A stretch of 64,000 bases of DNA from an uncultured bacterium (GTDB lineage: Bacteria; Krumholzibacteriota; Krumholzibacteriia; JACNKJ01), in NCBI GenBank assembly GCA_963695095.1, contig CAVOFT010000001.1, positions 1,792,001 through 1,856,000 on the forward strand. The letters are read 5' to 3'. Position numbers and translations under genes: made by a program. Positions 27,488 through 37,700 of the stretch are shown one piece after another. Numbering within the stretch: the stretch's first letter is position 1; each line of letters opens with the position of its first letter. Under the pieces are notes generated by a model. It saw only the letters and a program-made list of their open reading frames with translations, had not been told where the DNA came from and did not search any database.

Positions 27488-30484
27488 CTACTGGGCGCCG
27501 GCCTGTCGCAGTTCCTGGTCCAGGGTTGCCATGCGCTCGCGGGCGAGCGCCGCCCACTCGGCATTGTGAGGATTGTCGGCGATGCGCCGGTAAGCCTGGC
27601 GTGCAGAAGCCAGGTCGCCTGCCTCCTCTTGCAGCGAGGCGATGCGCGCCAGCGCGGCGATTCCGTGATCGTCGGCAAGCGCATTGGGAGCGGCCGCCGC
27701 GGCCTGGTAGGCCGCGAGGGCATCGTCGGCGCGGCCGAGCTTGCTCAGGCACTCGCCGCGCTGGTAGTGGATCTGCACGATGGGAACGCCGGGCTGCCCG
27801 GCGAGCGCCTCGTAGCGGGCGAGGGCCGCCGCCGCGTCGCCGGTCTCGTTCTGGCAGACGTCGGCCATCTGCAACTCGAGTTCCAGCCGGCGCTCATGCT
27901 GGGGGTAGCGCTTCAGGAAGTCCTCGCCGTTGCTGAGGAAGGTGGGCCACTGCTCGAGCTGCCGGTAGCAAAGGCCGGCGTTGAAGAGCCCGAGCGGAGC
28001 AAGTTCGTCCGTTGCGTACTGATCGGCGAGGATCAGGAAGTGCCCCGCGGCCTCGCTGTACTTCTCCTGGGCGTAGAGGATGTGCCCCGCCTTGAGCAGG
28101 GCCGCCGTGGCGAGCGGGCGATCGGGGTAGGTGGCCGTGAAATTCTCGAAGCTGACGCGGGCGCCTTCCAGGTCGCCGAGGGCGAAGCGGCACTCGGCGA
28201 GGTAGAAGAGCGCGTCCGGGGCCACGTCCGCGCTGGGGTAGCGCAGCGTGATGGCCTCCAGGCGCTGGGCCGCTTCCGCGTAGCGCTGGGCCCGGAAGGC
28301 CTCGCTGCCTTGCTCCCAGAGCACCTCGGCCGCGAAGGTGGCATTCGGATTCTGCTCGACGTAGGTCAGCATGTCGCGGCCGCTGCGCAGGAAACAGGCC
28401 TGGATGGCCTGCTGGGCATCGAGCGTGCGCAGGCCATCGGGGTGGGCCTCGACGTAGGCGCTGAAGAGCGCGGCGGCAGCATCGTAGTCGCCCTCGTTGT
28501 AGACGCAATTGGCCTGGTTGAAGAGCGCCTCCTCGGCGGGGGCGCTGTCCGGGAAACGCGCGGCGAGGTCGGTGTAGATCGCCCGCGCCGCGGCGTAGGC
28601 TTGCAGGCCGAACAGGGTGTCGGCGAGCTTGGCGAGCACGGCCGGCATGTCGGCGTAGTCCGGGTGCTCAGCGAGCACGCGCCGCCAGCGCGCCACCGCG
28701 TCTTCGTAGTACTGCAGGGCGTAGAGGCACTCGCCGGACTGGTAGAGGGCCTGGGCGCGCTCCTCGCCGGCGGGCGCGGTGGCGAGGAACTCGTCGAAGA
28801 GGCCAAGCGCCTTGCGGTGCTCCTTGCGATTGAAGTACATGCCCGCGGCCGCCAGGACATTGGCGGGATTCTCGCTGGCCTCGTTGCTGATGACGAGCAG
28901 GTAGCGCTCCTGTTCGAGGGCCGCTTTCTGGTCGTCGCCGAGCTGGCTGTAGCTCGCGGTCATGCCCTGGAGCGCGTAAGGCGCGGCGTCACTGAAGGGA
29001 TAGTCGTTCAGCACGAGCCGATAGAGATCGGCGGCATCCTGGTAGAGCCCAAGCGTGAAGTAGCTCTCCGCGATCAGATAGTAGGTGCGGGCGCGCCAGG
29101 GATTGGGCGTCGGCAGGAGCTTGCGCGCCAGGTGGCGATAGTTGGTGACGATGCGATTGTAGTCATCATCGCCGTAGAAGGACCAGGTGAGCAGGAAGAG
29201 CGCCTTCTCGCCGAGGTCGCTGCCGGTATCCTTGTCCAGGAGCTTGCCCAGTAGGTCGCGAGCGTGCTTGACGTCGTCCAGCTCCAGGTAATCGAGCGAC
29301 TGCATCAGCTGCACGCGCCCCGCCAGGGGATCGCCGGGATAGCGATCCATGAACATGTGCCCGAGGCCGATGCTCTGGTTCCAGTTCTCGTTGCGGGCGT
29401 AGTGGTGCATCATCCGGAAGAGGGCGCTGCTGCTGGTCAGGCCATCGGGGAAGGCCGTCAGGATGGCGCTGAAGGCATGATCGGCCTCGCTCTCGCGCCC
29501 GAGCTGGAAGTAGGCCAGCCCCTGCAGCATGAACACCTTCTCCCGCAGGGGGTCCGCCGGCGGCGCGTCGGCGAGCAGATCGCTCAGGCTGTCCAGGGCG
29601 CGCAGGTAGTCCTCGTCCCGGAACAGGATGGTGGCCAGCTTGAAGCGGGCCGCCAGCGCGTGGCGGCTGTCCGGGTGGGCGGCCAGCACCTCCTCGAAAG
29701 CGCTGCGGGCAAGCTGACGCTGGCCGGAGCGCAGGAAGCTCTCGGCGATGGCGAAGCGCACGTCCTCGGCCAGTGCCGTCGTCGGGTAGCGCACCAGGAG
29801 CTGGCGGTACTGCTGGATGGCCTTGAGGTACTGGCCCTCCTCGGCCAGAGTGCGCGCCGTGTAGTAGCGGGCACGCTCGGACTCCACCTGCTGGAACTGG
29901 GTGCGGGCGGTGGCCAGCTCGCCGCGCTGATAATGGTAGACGCCGTAGGCGAAGCGCAGCTCGGCGCGCTCGCCGTAGCGCGGCCAGGCCGCCACCAGGC
30001 GGTCGGCCGTCGTCTTGAAGTCCTCCCACTCGCCGAGCGCTACCCAGGTTTGCGCCAGGGCGAGCTGGGCGTCGCGCGCGAGGTAGCCGCCGTCGGCGCC
30101 CGCCACGGCCGCGAAGTGCTCGGCGGCGCGAGGGAAGTCGACGAGCGCGAAGGCGCACTGCCCGCGGCGCAGCAGGGCGGCGGCGCGCAGGAGCCCCCGG
30201 GTGCCGCTGGCACCGGGCACGCGGGCGAATTCGGCGTCGGCGGCCTTGAGGTCACCCAGCCGCCAGAGGCACTCGGCCGCCATGTAGCGCGCGCGCCCGC
30301 TGTGCTCGGAGTTCGCGAACTTCTGATCGACCGCGCGATAGGCATCCACGGCCGCCATGCTCGGACCGTCCCGGCGCAGCAGCAGATCGGCAGCATCGAT
30401 GAGCGCGCCGGCCGTCTCCTGTGCGCGGGCCGGGAAGGCCGCGATCGACAGGATGAGCAGGAGCGGCGGGAATCCTTTCCACAT
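27488..30484 (-). CDS. Large periplasmic tetratricopeptide-repeat protein (998 aa)
   Basis: Signal peptide; many TPR units ending in (Y/F)P.S..A..A.(F/Y). Confidence 0.9.
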   Translation of the reverse strand: MWKGFPPLLLILSIAAFPARAQETAGALIDAADLLLRRDGPSMAAVDAYRAVDQKFANSEHSGRARYMAAECLWRLGDLKAADAEFARVPGASGTRGLLRAAALLRRGQCAFALVDFPRAAEHFAAVAGADGGYLARDAQLALAQTWVALGEWEDFKTTADRLVAAWPRYGERAELRFAYGVYHYQRGELATARTQFQQVESERARYYTARTLAEEGQYLKAIQQYRQLLVRYPTTALAEDVRFAIAESFLRSGQRQLARSAFEEVLAAHPDSRHALAARFKLATILFRDEDYLRALDSLSDLLADAPPADPLREKVFMLQGLAYFQLGRESEADHAFSAILTAFPDGLTSSSALFRMMHHYARNENWNQSIGLGHMFMDRYPGDPLAGRVQLMQSLDYLELDDVKHARDLLGKLLDKDTGSDLGEKALFLLTWSFYGDDDYNRIVTNYRHLARKLLPTPNPWRARTYYLIAESYFTLGLYQDAADLYRLVLNDYPFSDAAPYALQGMTASYSQLGDDQKAALEQERYLLVISNEASENPANVLAAAGMYFNRKEHRKALGLFDEFLATAPAGEERAQALYQSGECLYALQYYEDAVARWRRVLAEHPDYADMPAVLAKLADTLFGLQAYAAARAIYTDLAARFPDSAPAEEALFNQANCVYNEGDYDAAAALFSAYVEAHPDGLRTLDAQQAIQACFLRSGRDMLTYVEQNPNATFAAEVLWEQGSEAFRAQRYAEAAQRLEAITLRYPSADVAPDALFYLAECRFALGDLEGARVSFENFTATYPDRPLATAALLKAGHILYAQEKYSEAAGHFLILADQYATDELAPLGLFNAGLCYRQLEQWPTFLSNGEDFLKRYPQHERRLELELQMADVCQNETGDAAAALARYEALAGQPGVPIVQIHYQRGECLSKLGRADDALAAYQAAAAAPNALADDHGIAALARIASLQEEAGDLASARQAYRRIADNPHNAEWAALARERMATLDQELRQAGAQ

Positions 30485-30485
30485 C

Positions 30486-31724
30486 TCAGTTCACCTCGAG
30501 CTGGACGGGGGTCTTCAGCGTCGGATCGTAGTCGCGGATCTCGATCGCAATTTCCTGCGACCAGGGGTCGCCGTACTCGTCGAGCACGACCACGACGACG
30601 CGGTAGTTGCCCGTGGAGACGAGGCGGCCGTGGTCATCGCGGCCATCCCATGCGTAGGTCGCCGGCGGCTCCTTGCTGCCGCGCGCGCTGTGCACCGCGT
30701 TGCCGTCACCGTCGAAGATGGCGAGCTCCCAGCCGCGAGCCTTGCCGCGGAACTGGCTCTTGAGCTCCATCTCCACCTGGTTGCGCTCGCCGCTGGGCGA
30801 GAAGCGCGCGGTGTCGCTGCTGAGGCTGATCCCCGTCGCGACCCCGAAGCGCCAGGTGAAGCTGAGCCGGTGCGAGAGCCCGATCTGGGTATCCGCGACG
30901 GCGTAGTCGAGTTGCCAGGGGCCGTTGCGGTAGCCGCCGCCGGCGCCGTAGCTGCTGCGCTGGGTATCCCAGCCGCTGCGCAGGGCGAAGCCGCCGGGCA
31001 CCCAGAGCTCCCCGCCGGCCTGGAGGCCCAGCGGGGCATCGCCGACGCGGACGACGTCCAGGGTGGCCAGCATGCGGCCGCCCCGCAGGTGCAGCGCGCC
31101 GCCGGCGCGCAGGGTGAGGGGGAAGGTCTCCGCCGTCTTGTAGAGCGTGAGCGTCGGCGGCAGCAGGTTCTGCATCATGAGCCCGAAGCTGAAGAGCCGG
31201 TGCGGCCGGTTGAAGGCCGCCAGATCGAGGCCGGAGGCGCTGGCGCTGAAGCCGGCCAGGCTCTGATTCACGTTGCGGTAACTCGCGGCCAGGCTGAGAG
31301 CGCCGAAGCGGCGGGCGAAGCTGACCTGGATGGAGTTCTGCTGTTCGTCGAAGGTCTCGTCGCTGTCGGCGAGCAGGCTGCTGCGCTCGAAACCGCCCGA
31401 GCTGAGCAGTGCGCCGGCGAGGCCGAGGGTGCCGTAAGCGCCCAGGGGCTGGACGAGGCCCACGTACTCGTAGCGCGTGCCGGTGAGCAGCTCGGCGTGG
31501 AAGAAGAGCAGCTCGGTGCCGCGCACCTGCTCGAGTCCGGCGGGATTGGCGAAGAGGGCGCTGGCGTCGTCGGCCAGACCGGTGGCCGCGCCGCCCATCG
31601 CCAGGCCGCGCGCGCTGGCGGCGAAGCGCAGGAATGAACCGGGCAAGCCGCCCGCCGCCTCCTGGGCGAAGCCCGGACGGGCCGCAAGGAGCAAGAGCGT
31701 GCTGATCAGGATGCGATTTCTCAT
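30486..31724 (-). CDS. PorV/PorQ-like beta-barrel fused to a C-terminal FlgD-Ig domain
   Basis: SARGLAMGGA..GLADDASALFANPAGL; LDYA...LSHRLSF.W.F; then FSPSG...WDGRDDHGRLVSTGNY. Confidence 0.85.
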   Translation of the reverse strand: MRNRILISTLLLLAARPGFAQEAAGGLPGSFLRFAASARGLAMGGAATGLADDASALFANPAGLEQVRGTELLFFHAELLTGTRYEYVGLVQPLGAYGTLGLAGALLSSGGFERSSLLADSDETFDEQQNSIQVSFARRFGALSLAASYRNVNQSLAGFSASASGLDLAAFNRPHRLFSFGLMMQNLLPPTLTLYKTAETFPLTLRAGGALHLRGGRMLATLDVVRVGDAPLGLQAGGELWVPGGFALRSGWDTQRSSYGAGGGYRNGPWQLDYAVADTQIGLSHRLSFTWRFGVATGISLSSDTARFSPSGERNQVEMELKSQFRGKARGWELAIFDGDGNAVHSARGSKEPPATYAWDGRDDHGRLVSTGNYRVVVVVLDEYGDPWSQEIAIEIRDYDPTLKTPVQLEVN

Positions 31725-31741
31725 GATGCTTACCTCGCCGG

Positions 31742-34700
31742 CTACTTGATCACCGCGATTTTGCGCTGCAGCAGTTGGCCGCCCGTGCGAACGGTGCACA
31801 GGTAGCCGCCATTGCCGACCACCTCACCCCGGCCGTTCCTGCCGTCCCAGGGCACCTGGTAGGTCTGGCCGGCGCCGGTCGCCAGCTCGTGGGTCCAGAC
31901 CAGATTGCCGAAATGGTCGTGGATGCGCAGAACGGCGGTGCCGTCGGCGCGGGCGATGAAGAGGATGACGGTTTCCTCGCGGCCGGCCTGGAAGGGGTTG
32001 GGCCGATTGCTCAGCGGCCGCTCCGGCGCGAGCGCCGTGCCGAACACGAGCGTCACGTGCTGCACCGCCTCCCGATTGCCGTGGATGTCCGTGGCGTAGA
32101 AGCTGAGCGTATGTTCCCCGTACTCGCTGACGCCGAGATCGGCGAAGCGAAGCAAATCGGTGTAGACGCGCGCGGGCTGCGCCTCGCCCCCGAGATCGAC
32201 GTCCCAGTAGGTCTGGTCGACGCCGATCTCGCTGGAGCTGCTCAGGCGCAGCTCCGTCTCGGGGAGCAGGAGCAGGCCCTGGTCGGTGGCGGCGCTGCTG
32301 CCCAGCACGCTGAGCGTGGTGATCGGCGGTCCGATGACGGCGATTTCCACCACGCGCGTCGGCAGCGCGCGCACGGCCACCTGCACGATGATGTCCGCGC
32401 GGCCGCCCTCGAGCACGCGGACGCTGTTGCCGGCCGTGCCCAGGTTGCCGGTGAGGACGCTGTCGGCCGCGAGCTGGCCGTCACCAGCGATCATCGTGAA
32501 GGCCACGGCCTCGGCGAGGACGCGGTTGCCGAAGAGGTCGCTGACCGTGGCGGTCAAGGTGGCCGCCTGGCCCGGTTCGAGGGACAGCGGGTTCGCGGCA
32601 ATGGTCAGGCTGGCCGGAGGACCGGCGTGCACCTGGATCGGGTCGGAGAAGACCACCAGCCCCTGATCGTCGGTGATCTGCAGGTAGATGGCCTCGGCCG
32701 CGGTATAGGACTCGGTGATCGTGACCAGGCCCTGGGCGGTGGTGCCGCCGCTGAGCGCGAGGTTGCCCGCCCCCGGCTGGCCGGTGTTGTGGTTGACGGC
32801 CGCGATCGTGAAGCTGCGATCGTCGCTGGTCACGCGCTGGCCGGTGGACGTGTCCACCAGCTCGATGGTGACGGGGAAGGTGGCCGGCGGGCCGACCGTG
32901 GCGCTGACCGGCGTCGTCACCCGGTAGGCGACCGACTCCGGCACCATGTGGATGATGCCGCTGGTGCTACTGCGGCCGCGCCCGTCGCTGACGCGAATGA
33001 CGATGTCCTCGACGACCGGGTAGGTCTGACCGACGATGGAGAGCTCGCCGGCGGCGAGCACGCCGGCCGTGACGCCGAGCGCGCCCAGCGCCGGGCCCTG
33101 ATTGGGCGCCAGGGCGGTCAGCGTGACTTCCTCGTTGGCAACCGTGATCAGGGTGCCGTCATTGCGCACCAGGCGCACCGTCATCGGCCAGCTGGCCGGG
33201 GGGCCGGCCTGGGCCTGAGCGGGCACGCTGATCTCGTAGTGGGCCTCGCCGACCGGGATGTCCACGGCGTGCGCGAGTACGACCGGATTCGCCAGGTCCT
33301 CGACGAAGAGGGTGACGTTGCCCTGGTTGTGCAGGATCAGCTCGTAGTCGCCGACGCCGCCGATGAGGGCCGTGCCGTTGTTGGTCGGGTTGCCGGCCGT
33401 CACGCTGCCCTCGGAACTGCTCAGCGTGATCGTGCCCGCGTTGAAGCCGTCGTTGAGGTTCCAGTACTGGTCCGTGGCCCGCACCTGCACCATGAAGGGC
33501 ACCTCGGCCTGCTGCAGGCGCGGCGTGCCCGTCTTGCCGGTGGGGGAGCTGGCGCCCGGCTGCGGCGTTTCGCCGGGGGCGATGAGCTGCAAGCGCTTGT
33601 AGCCGTCGGGGCGCATCACGATGCTGTTGGAGGTGCCCACCACGCCGCGCGCATCGTGAACGCGCAGGTAGATGTGGCCGGCGCCGGTGTAGGTCTGGTT
33701 GAAGTTGGCGACGCCGTCGGCGAGCACGCCGCTGCCGACGCTCCAGGCGCCGACGCCGAGCTGGCCAGTCTGGCCCGAGTAGACGTCCACGCTGAAGATC
33801 GTGTCCTGGCTGGCGACGACGAGGCCCGTGCCGAGGTCGAGCAGGCGCACCGTGACGGGGAAGTCTGCGGGTCCGCCCACCGTGGCCGTGTCGGGCACGG
33901 TCAGCGCGTAGCCGAGGCCGCCGGGCTGCATGGTGAGGATGGGCGAGTAGCCGACGCGCCCGTAGTCGTCCATCACGCGCAGGATGATGGACTCGACCCG
34001 GTCGTACTGCTGGCCGTTGATGACGCGCACGCCCGCGGCGAGCGTCTCGGCGGTGATGGCGAGATTGCCGGCCGCCACGCCGAAGTTGGGGTAGAGGGCC
34101 GCGATCGTGAAGCTCTGATTCGCGTCCGGGGCGGGGTCGCCCGTCACCGGATCGATCATCTCGACGATCATCTGGAAGCCCGGGTAGCCCGTGTGCGGCG
34201 AGAGATCGGGCAGGGTGAGCTGGAACTCGTAGCCGGGATTGACCGGGATCGACACCGTCTGGCCGGGCGGGGCCGGGTTGGCCGCGTCCCAGACGCTGAG
34301 GTCCACCTGGCCCTCGCTGTCCAGATAGATCTGGAACGTGCGGCGGCCGTTGACGAAGGGCGCGCCCATGTCGCTAGGGTTGTCGGCGCCCACCGAGTTG
34401 TCCGTGGCGCTGAAGGTGAGGGCGCCGCCGTTCGTGGCCGCGGCCAGGTTCCAGAACTGGTCCACGGCCCGTACGGTGACCGGGAAGGGGCTGCGACTGC
34501 GCTGGGTATCGGGCACGCCCTCCTTGCCGGTGGCCAGGAAGGCCTCGATGCCCGCGCGCACTTCCTCGCCGGGGGCGAGGAGCTGCAGGCGCTTGTAGCC
34601 ATCGGCGGCCACGCTGAAGATGGCGCTGTTGCCGATGAGGGCGTGGTCGTCCACGACGTGCAGGTAGACGTTCTCGGCGCGGCTGTAGGACTCATTGAAG

Positions 34701-37700
34701 ATCGCGTAGCCGGCCTCGAGGCTGGCCTGCGTGATGGCGGTCATGCCGAGGCCGGGAGCGCCCGTGGCGGCGGCCCAGATGGCGATCGTCAGCTCCCGGT
34801 CGGCGTCGATGCGGGTGCCGGTGTCCACGTCGCGCAGCTCCACCGAGACCGGGAAGCTGGCCGGCGGACCGGCGACGGGATTCGCACCCTGGCCCAGCGC
34901 GACGCGGTACTCCATGCCGTTCGTCAGCATGTGGATCGGCTGGCTGTAGGCCAGGCGCCCGGCGTTGTCGCTGACGCGAATGATGATGTCTTCCACGGTG
35001 CCGTAGGCCTGCGCGGGCAGGTTGCCGACGCCGCCGTTCAGCGTGACCTGGCCCACCCAGAGCACGCCGCTGGCCGGATCGAGGTTGCTCTTGAAGGCGG
35101 TGAGCTGCACGGTGTGGTTCGCGGCGCCCTCGGGATTGCCGAGGGAGTCGACCAGGCTCACCGCCATCGCGAAGGTCTGCGGCGGGCCGACGCGCGCGCT
35201 GTCGGGCGCCTGGATCAGGTACTGCGAACCCTGCTGCAGGTTGATGGTCACCGCCTGGGGCAGGATGTCGAGGTTGTCGAGGGGATTGGCCTCGACGGAG
35301 ACCGACCCGCTAGCGATGAGGAAGATCGGGAAGCTGATGCTGCCGCCGGCCAGATTCTGGCCCTGGTTGGGCGGGTTGATGGCGTCGAGGGCGCCGTCGC
35401 TGCTCGTGAGCCGGACGTGCTCGTCGTTGTCCGGCACGAGGTTCCAGTACTCGTCGACGCTGCGCACGATGACGGGGAACTGCAGGCTCGTCGTCTGCAG
35501 GGCGGGCGTGCCGAGCTTGCCGTCGGACTCGAAGCCGCCGGGGTTGGGCGTCTCGCCCGGTGCCACGATCTGCAGGCGCACGAAGGGGCCGGGCTCGATG
35601 GCGACGACGGAAGTGTCGGTCCGGGCCGGCCAGGTGACATCACTCACCACCAGCGGCTGATCGCCGGCGCTGCGGAAGTAGAGCTGGGCGCTGGCGCTGC
35701 CCGCGGGCGGGAGCACCAGCGGATTGGCGCTGATCATCTGGCTGTAGCCGACACTGCTCAGGACCACGGTCGGCTGCGTCGCCACCTGGTTGAAGTAGCC
35801 GTCGACGGCCAGGATGGCGGCCGTGATCGTCTCGCCGGCCGTGTGCGGGTAGGGCACGCCGGCCTTGCCGATGCCGATCCCCGGCGTGTGCAGCTCGCCG
35901 GGCAGGAGCAGGAGCAGGTCGCTGTAGGCGCCGGGCAGGACGTCGAAGGGATTGCTCTGGCCGGTGCGGGCGTAGGCGGATTCGGTGGCCGTCAGCACCA
36001 CGTCCTGGCCGGCCTTGTAGACGCGCAAGCTGCCGCGCCAGACGCCGTGCTCGCTGCCGGGCCAGGTGCCGCCGTCGGCGAAATCGACGCTGGCCGGTAG
36101 CAGCACGTCGGCGCCGTGGCTGACCGTGAGCAGCGCCGTCCCCTGGTAGGTGGGGATGTGGTTGCCGAACTGGTCGCGGGCGATGATCGTCAGGTCGTTG
36201 AGCGCCTGTCCGGCCACGAAATCGGGGATGGGCGAGAGCGGATCGTTCGCGCTCGGGTTGCTCAGCGCGTTGATGCCGAGCGTGAAATGGTCGACGACGC
36301 CGGCCTGGAGGGGCACGGCCGTGAAAGCACTCTGGCTGCCGTCGAGGTCGCGCGCCTGTACGGTCTGGAAGTTGGGGTCGGCCAGGGTGCGCAGGGTGAC
36401 CGTGTAGTTGCCGGTGGGCGTGGACTGCTGCTGGCCGCTGGCGGGCAAGGTGGCCGCCGCGTCCGAGCTGCTGAACTGGAGGCGCACCGGGAAGGTGGGG
36501 TCGTTGGTCGCGACCGGGTTCCAGAAACCGTCCGTCGCCACGACGCCGACCGCGAAGGGCACGCCGGCGTCCTGGAAGTTGGGCGTGCCCAGCTTGCCGT
36601 CCGCCTCGATGCTGTCGAAGATGCCCGGGGCGAGCGTCTCGCCGGGGGCCACCACGGCCATGCGCGCATAAGCCGCCGGCGATACCTGGATGGCGCTGCT
36701 CGTGCCGCTGACGCCCTGGGAACTGGTGATCGTCAGGCTGCGGCTCCCGCGCGTGCGGAAGATGACGCTGATGGTCGTGGCGTTGGTGACCGTGAAGTTG
36801 TTGTCGGCGTAGGCGGGGAGCTGGAAGTAGCCGTCGCCGCTGCTCGCGCCCACGAAGTGATTGCCGCCCACCATGTTGAAGTAGCGATCCACGGGTCGCA
36901 CGACGACCGGGGTCACGGTGAATCCGGCCGTCGTCGGATTCGGCGTGCCCAGGTTGCCCGTGAAGCCGGGCGTGCTCAGGCCCGGCGCGTAGGTCTGCCC
37001 GGGCAGGGTGACGAGAAAGCTCTCCAGCGGCCCCGGGTCCACCTGGAAGTAGCCGCTGGTCGAGGCGGCGCTGCCGCCGCTGTCGCAGACCAGCGCGCAG
37101 GAGAAGAAGCGTCGCGTGACCTGGATGTCGGTGTCCAGCTCGCCCGCCGTGAAGACGTTCGTGCTGCTGAGCAGGTAGTCCTCGCTCTCCTCGGCGCCGT
37201 AGCGCACGCGCAGGGATACCGCGCCGTTGAAGGGGAAGCGATTCTCATAGAAGTCGCGCGCGGTGATGCGCACGTCGAAGGGCTGGGTGGTCACCTGCAC
37301 GTCCAGGGTGTCCCAGATCGCGTAGTTGAACTCGAAGTGGTCGAGGCTCTGCGGCTGGACCGTCAGGTAGCTGTTGCTGACATCCGTGATGGAGCCGCTG
37401 GCCGTGGCGCTAACGCTGTGCGTAGCGGCGGTGATCAGCCGGAAGACCTGATCGGCGAGCATGTTGTCGCTCATCAGGCCGCCCGGGGGCAGCTGCACCG
37501 CGGCGTGGCCGTCCGAACTGGCGTAGCTGACCGTGAAGGGCAGGCCGGGGTCCGTCTCCCGCACCGGATTCCACCAGGGGTCCACCGCGTAGACCGTGCC
37601 GCTGAAGGGGATGCCGGCGAGCTGCGCCGTGGGGCTGCCGCTCTTGCCGGGCGGCACGCCGGGAGTGAGCGTTTCGCCCGGGAGCACGATCACGATGCCC

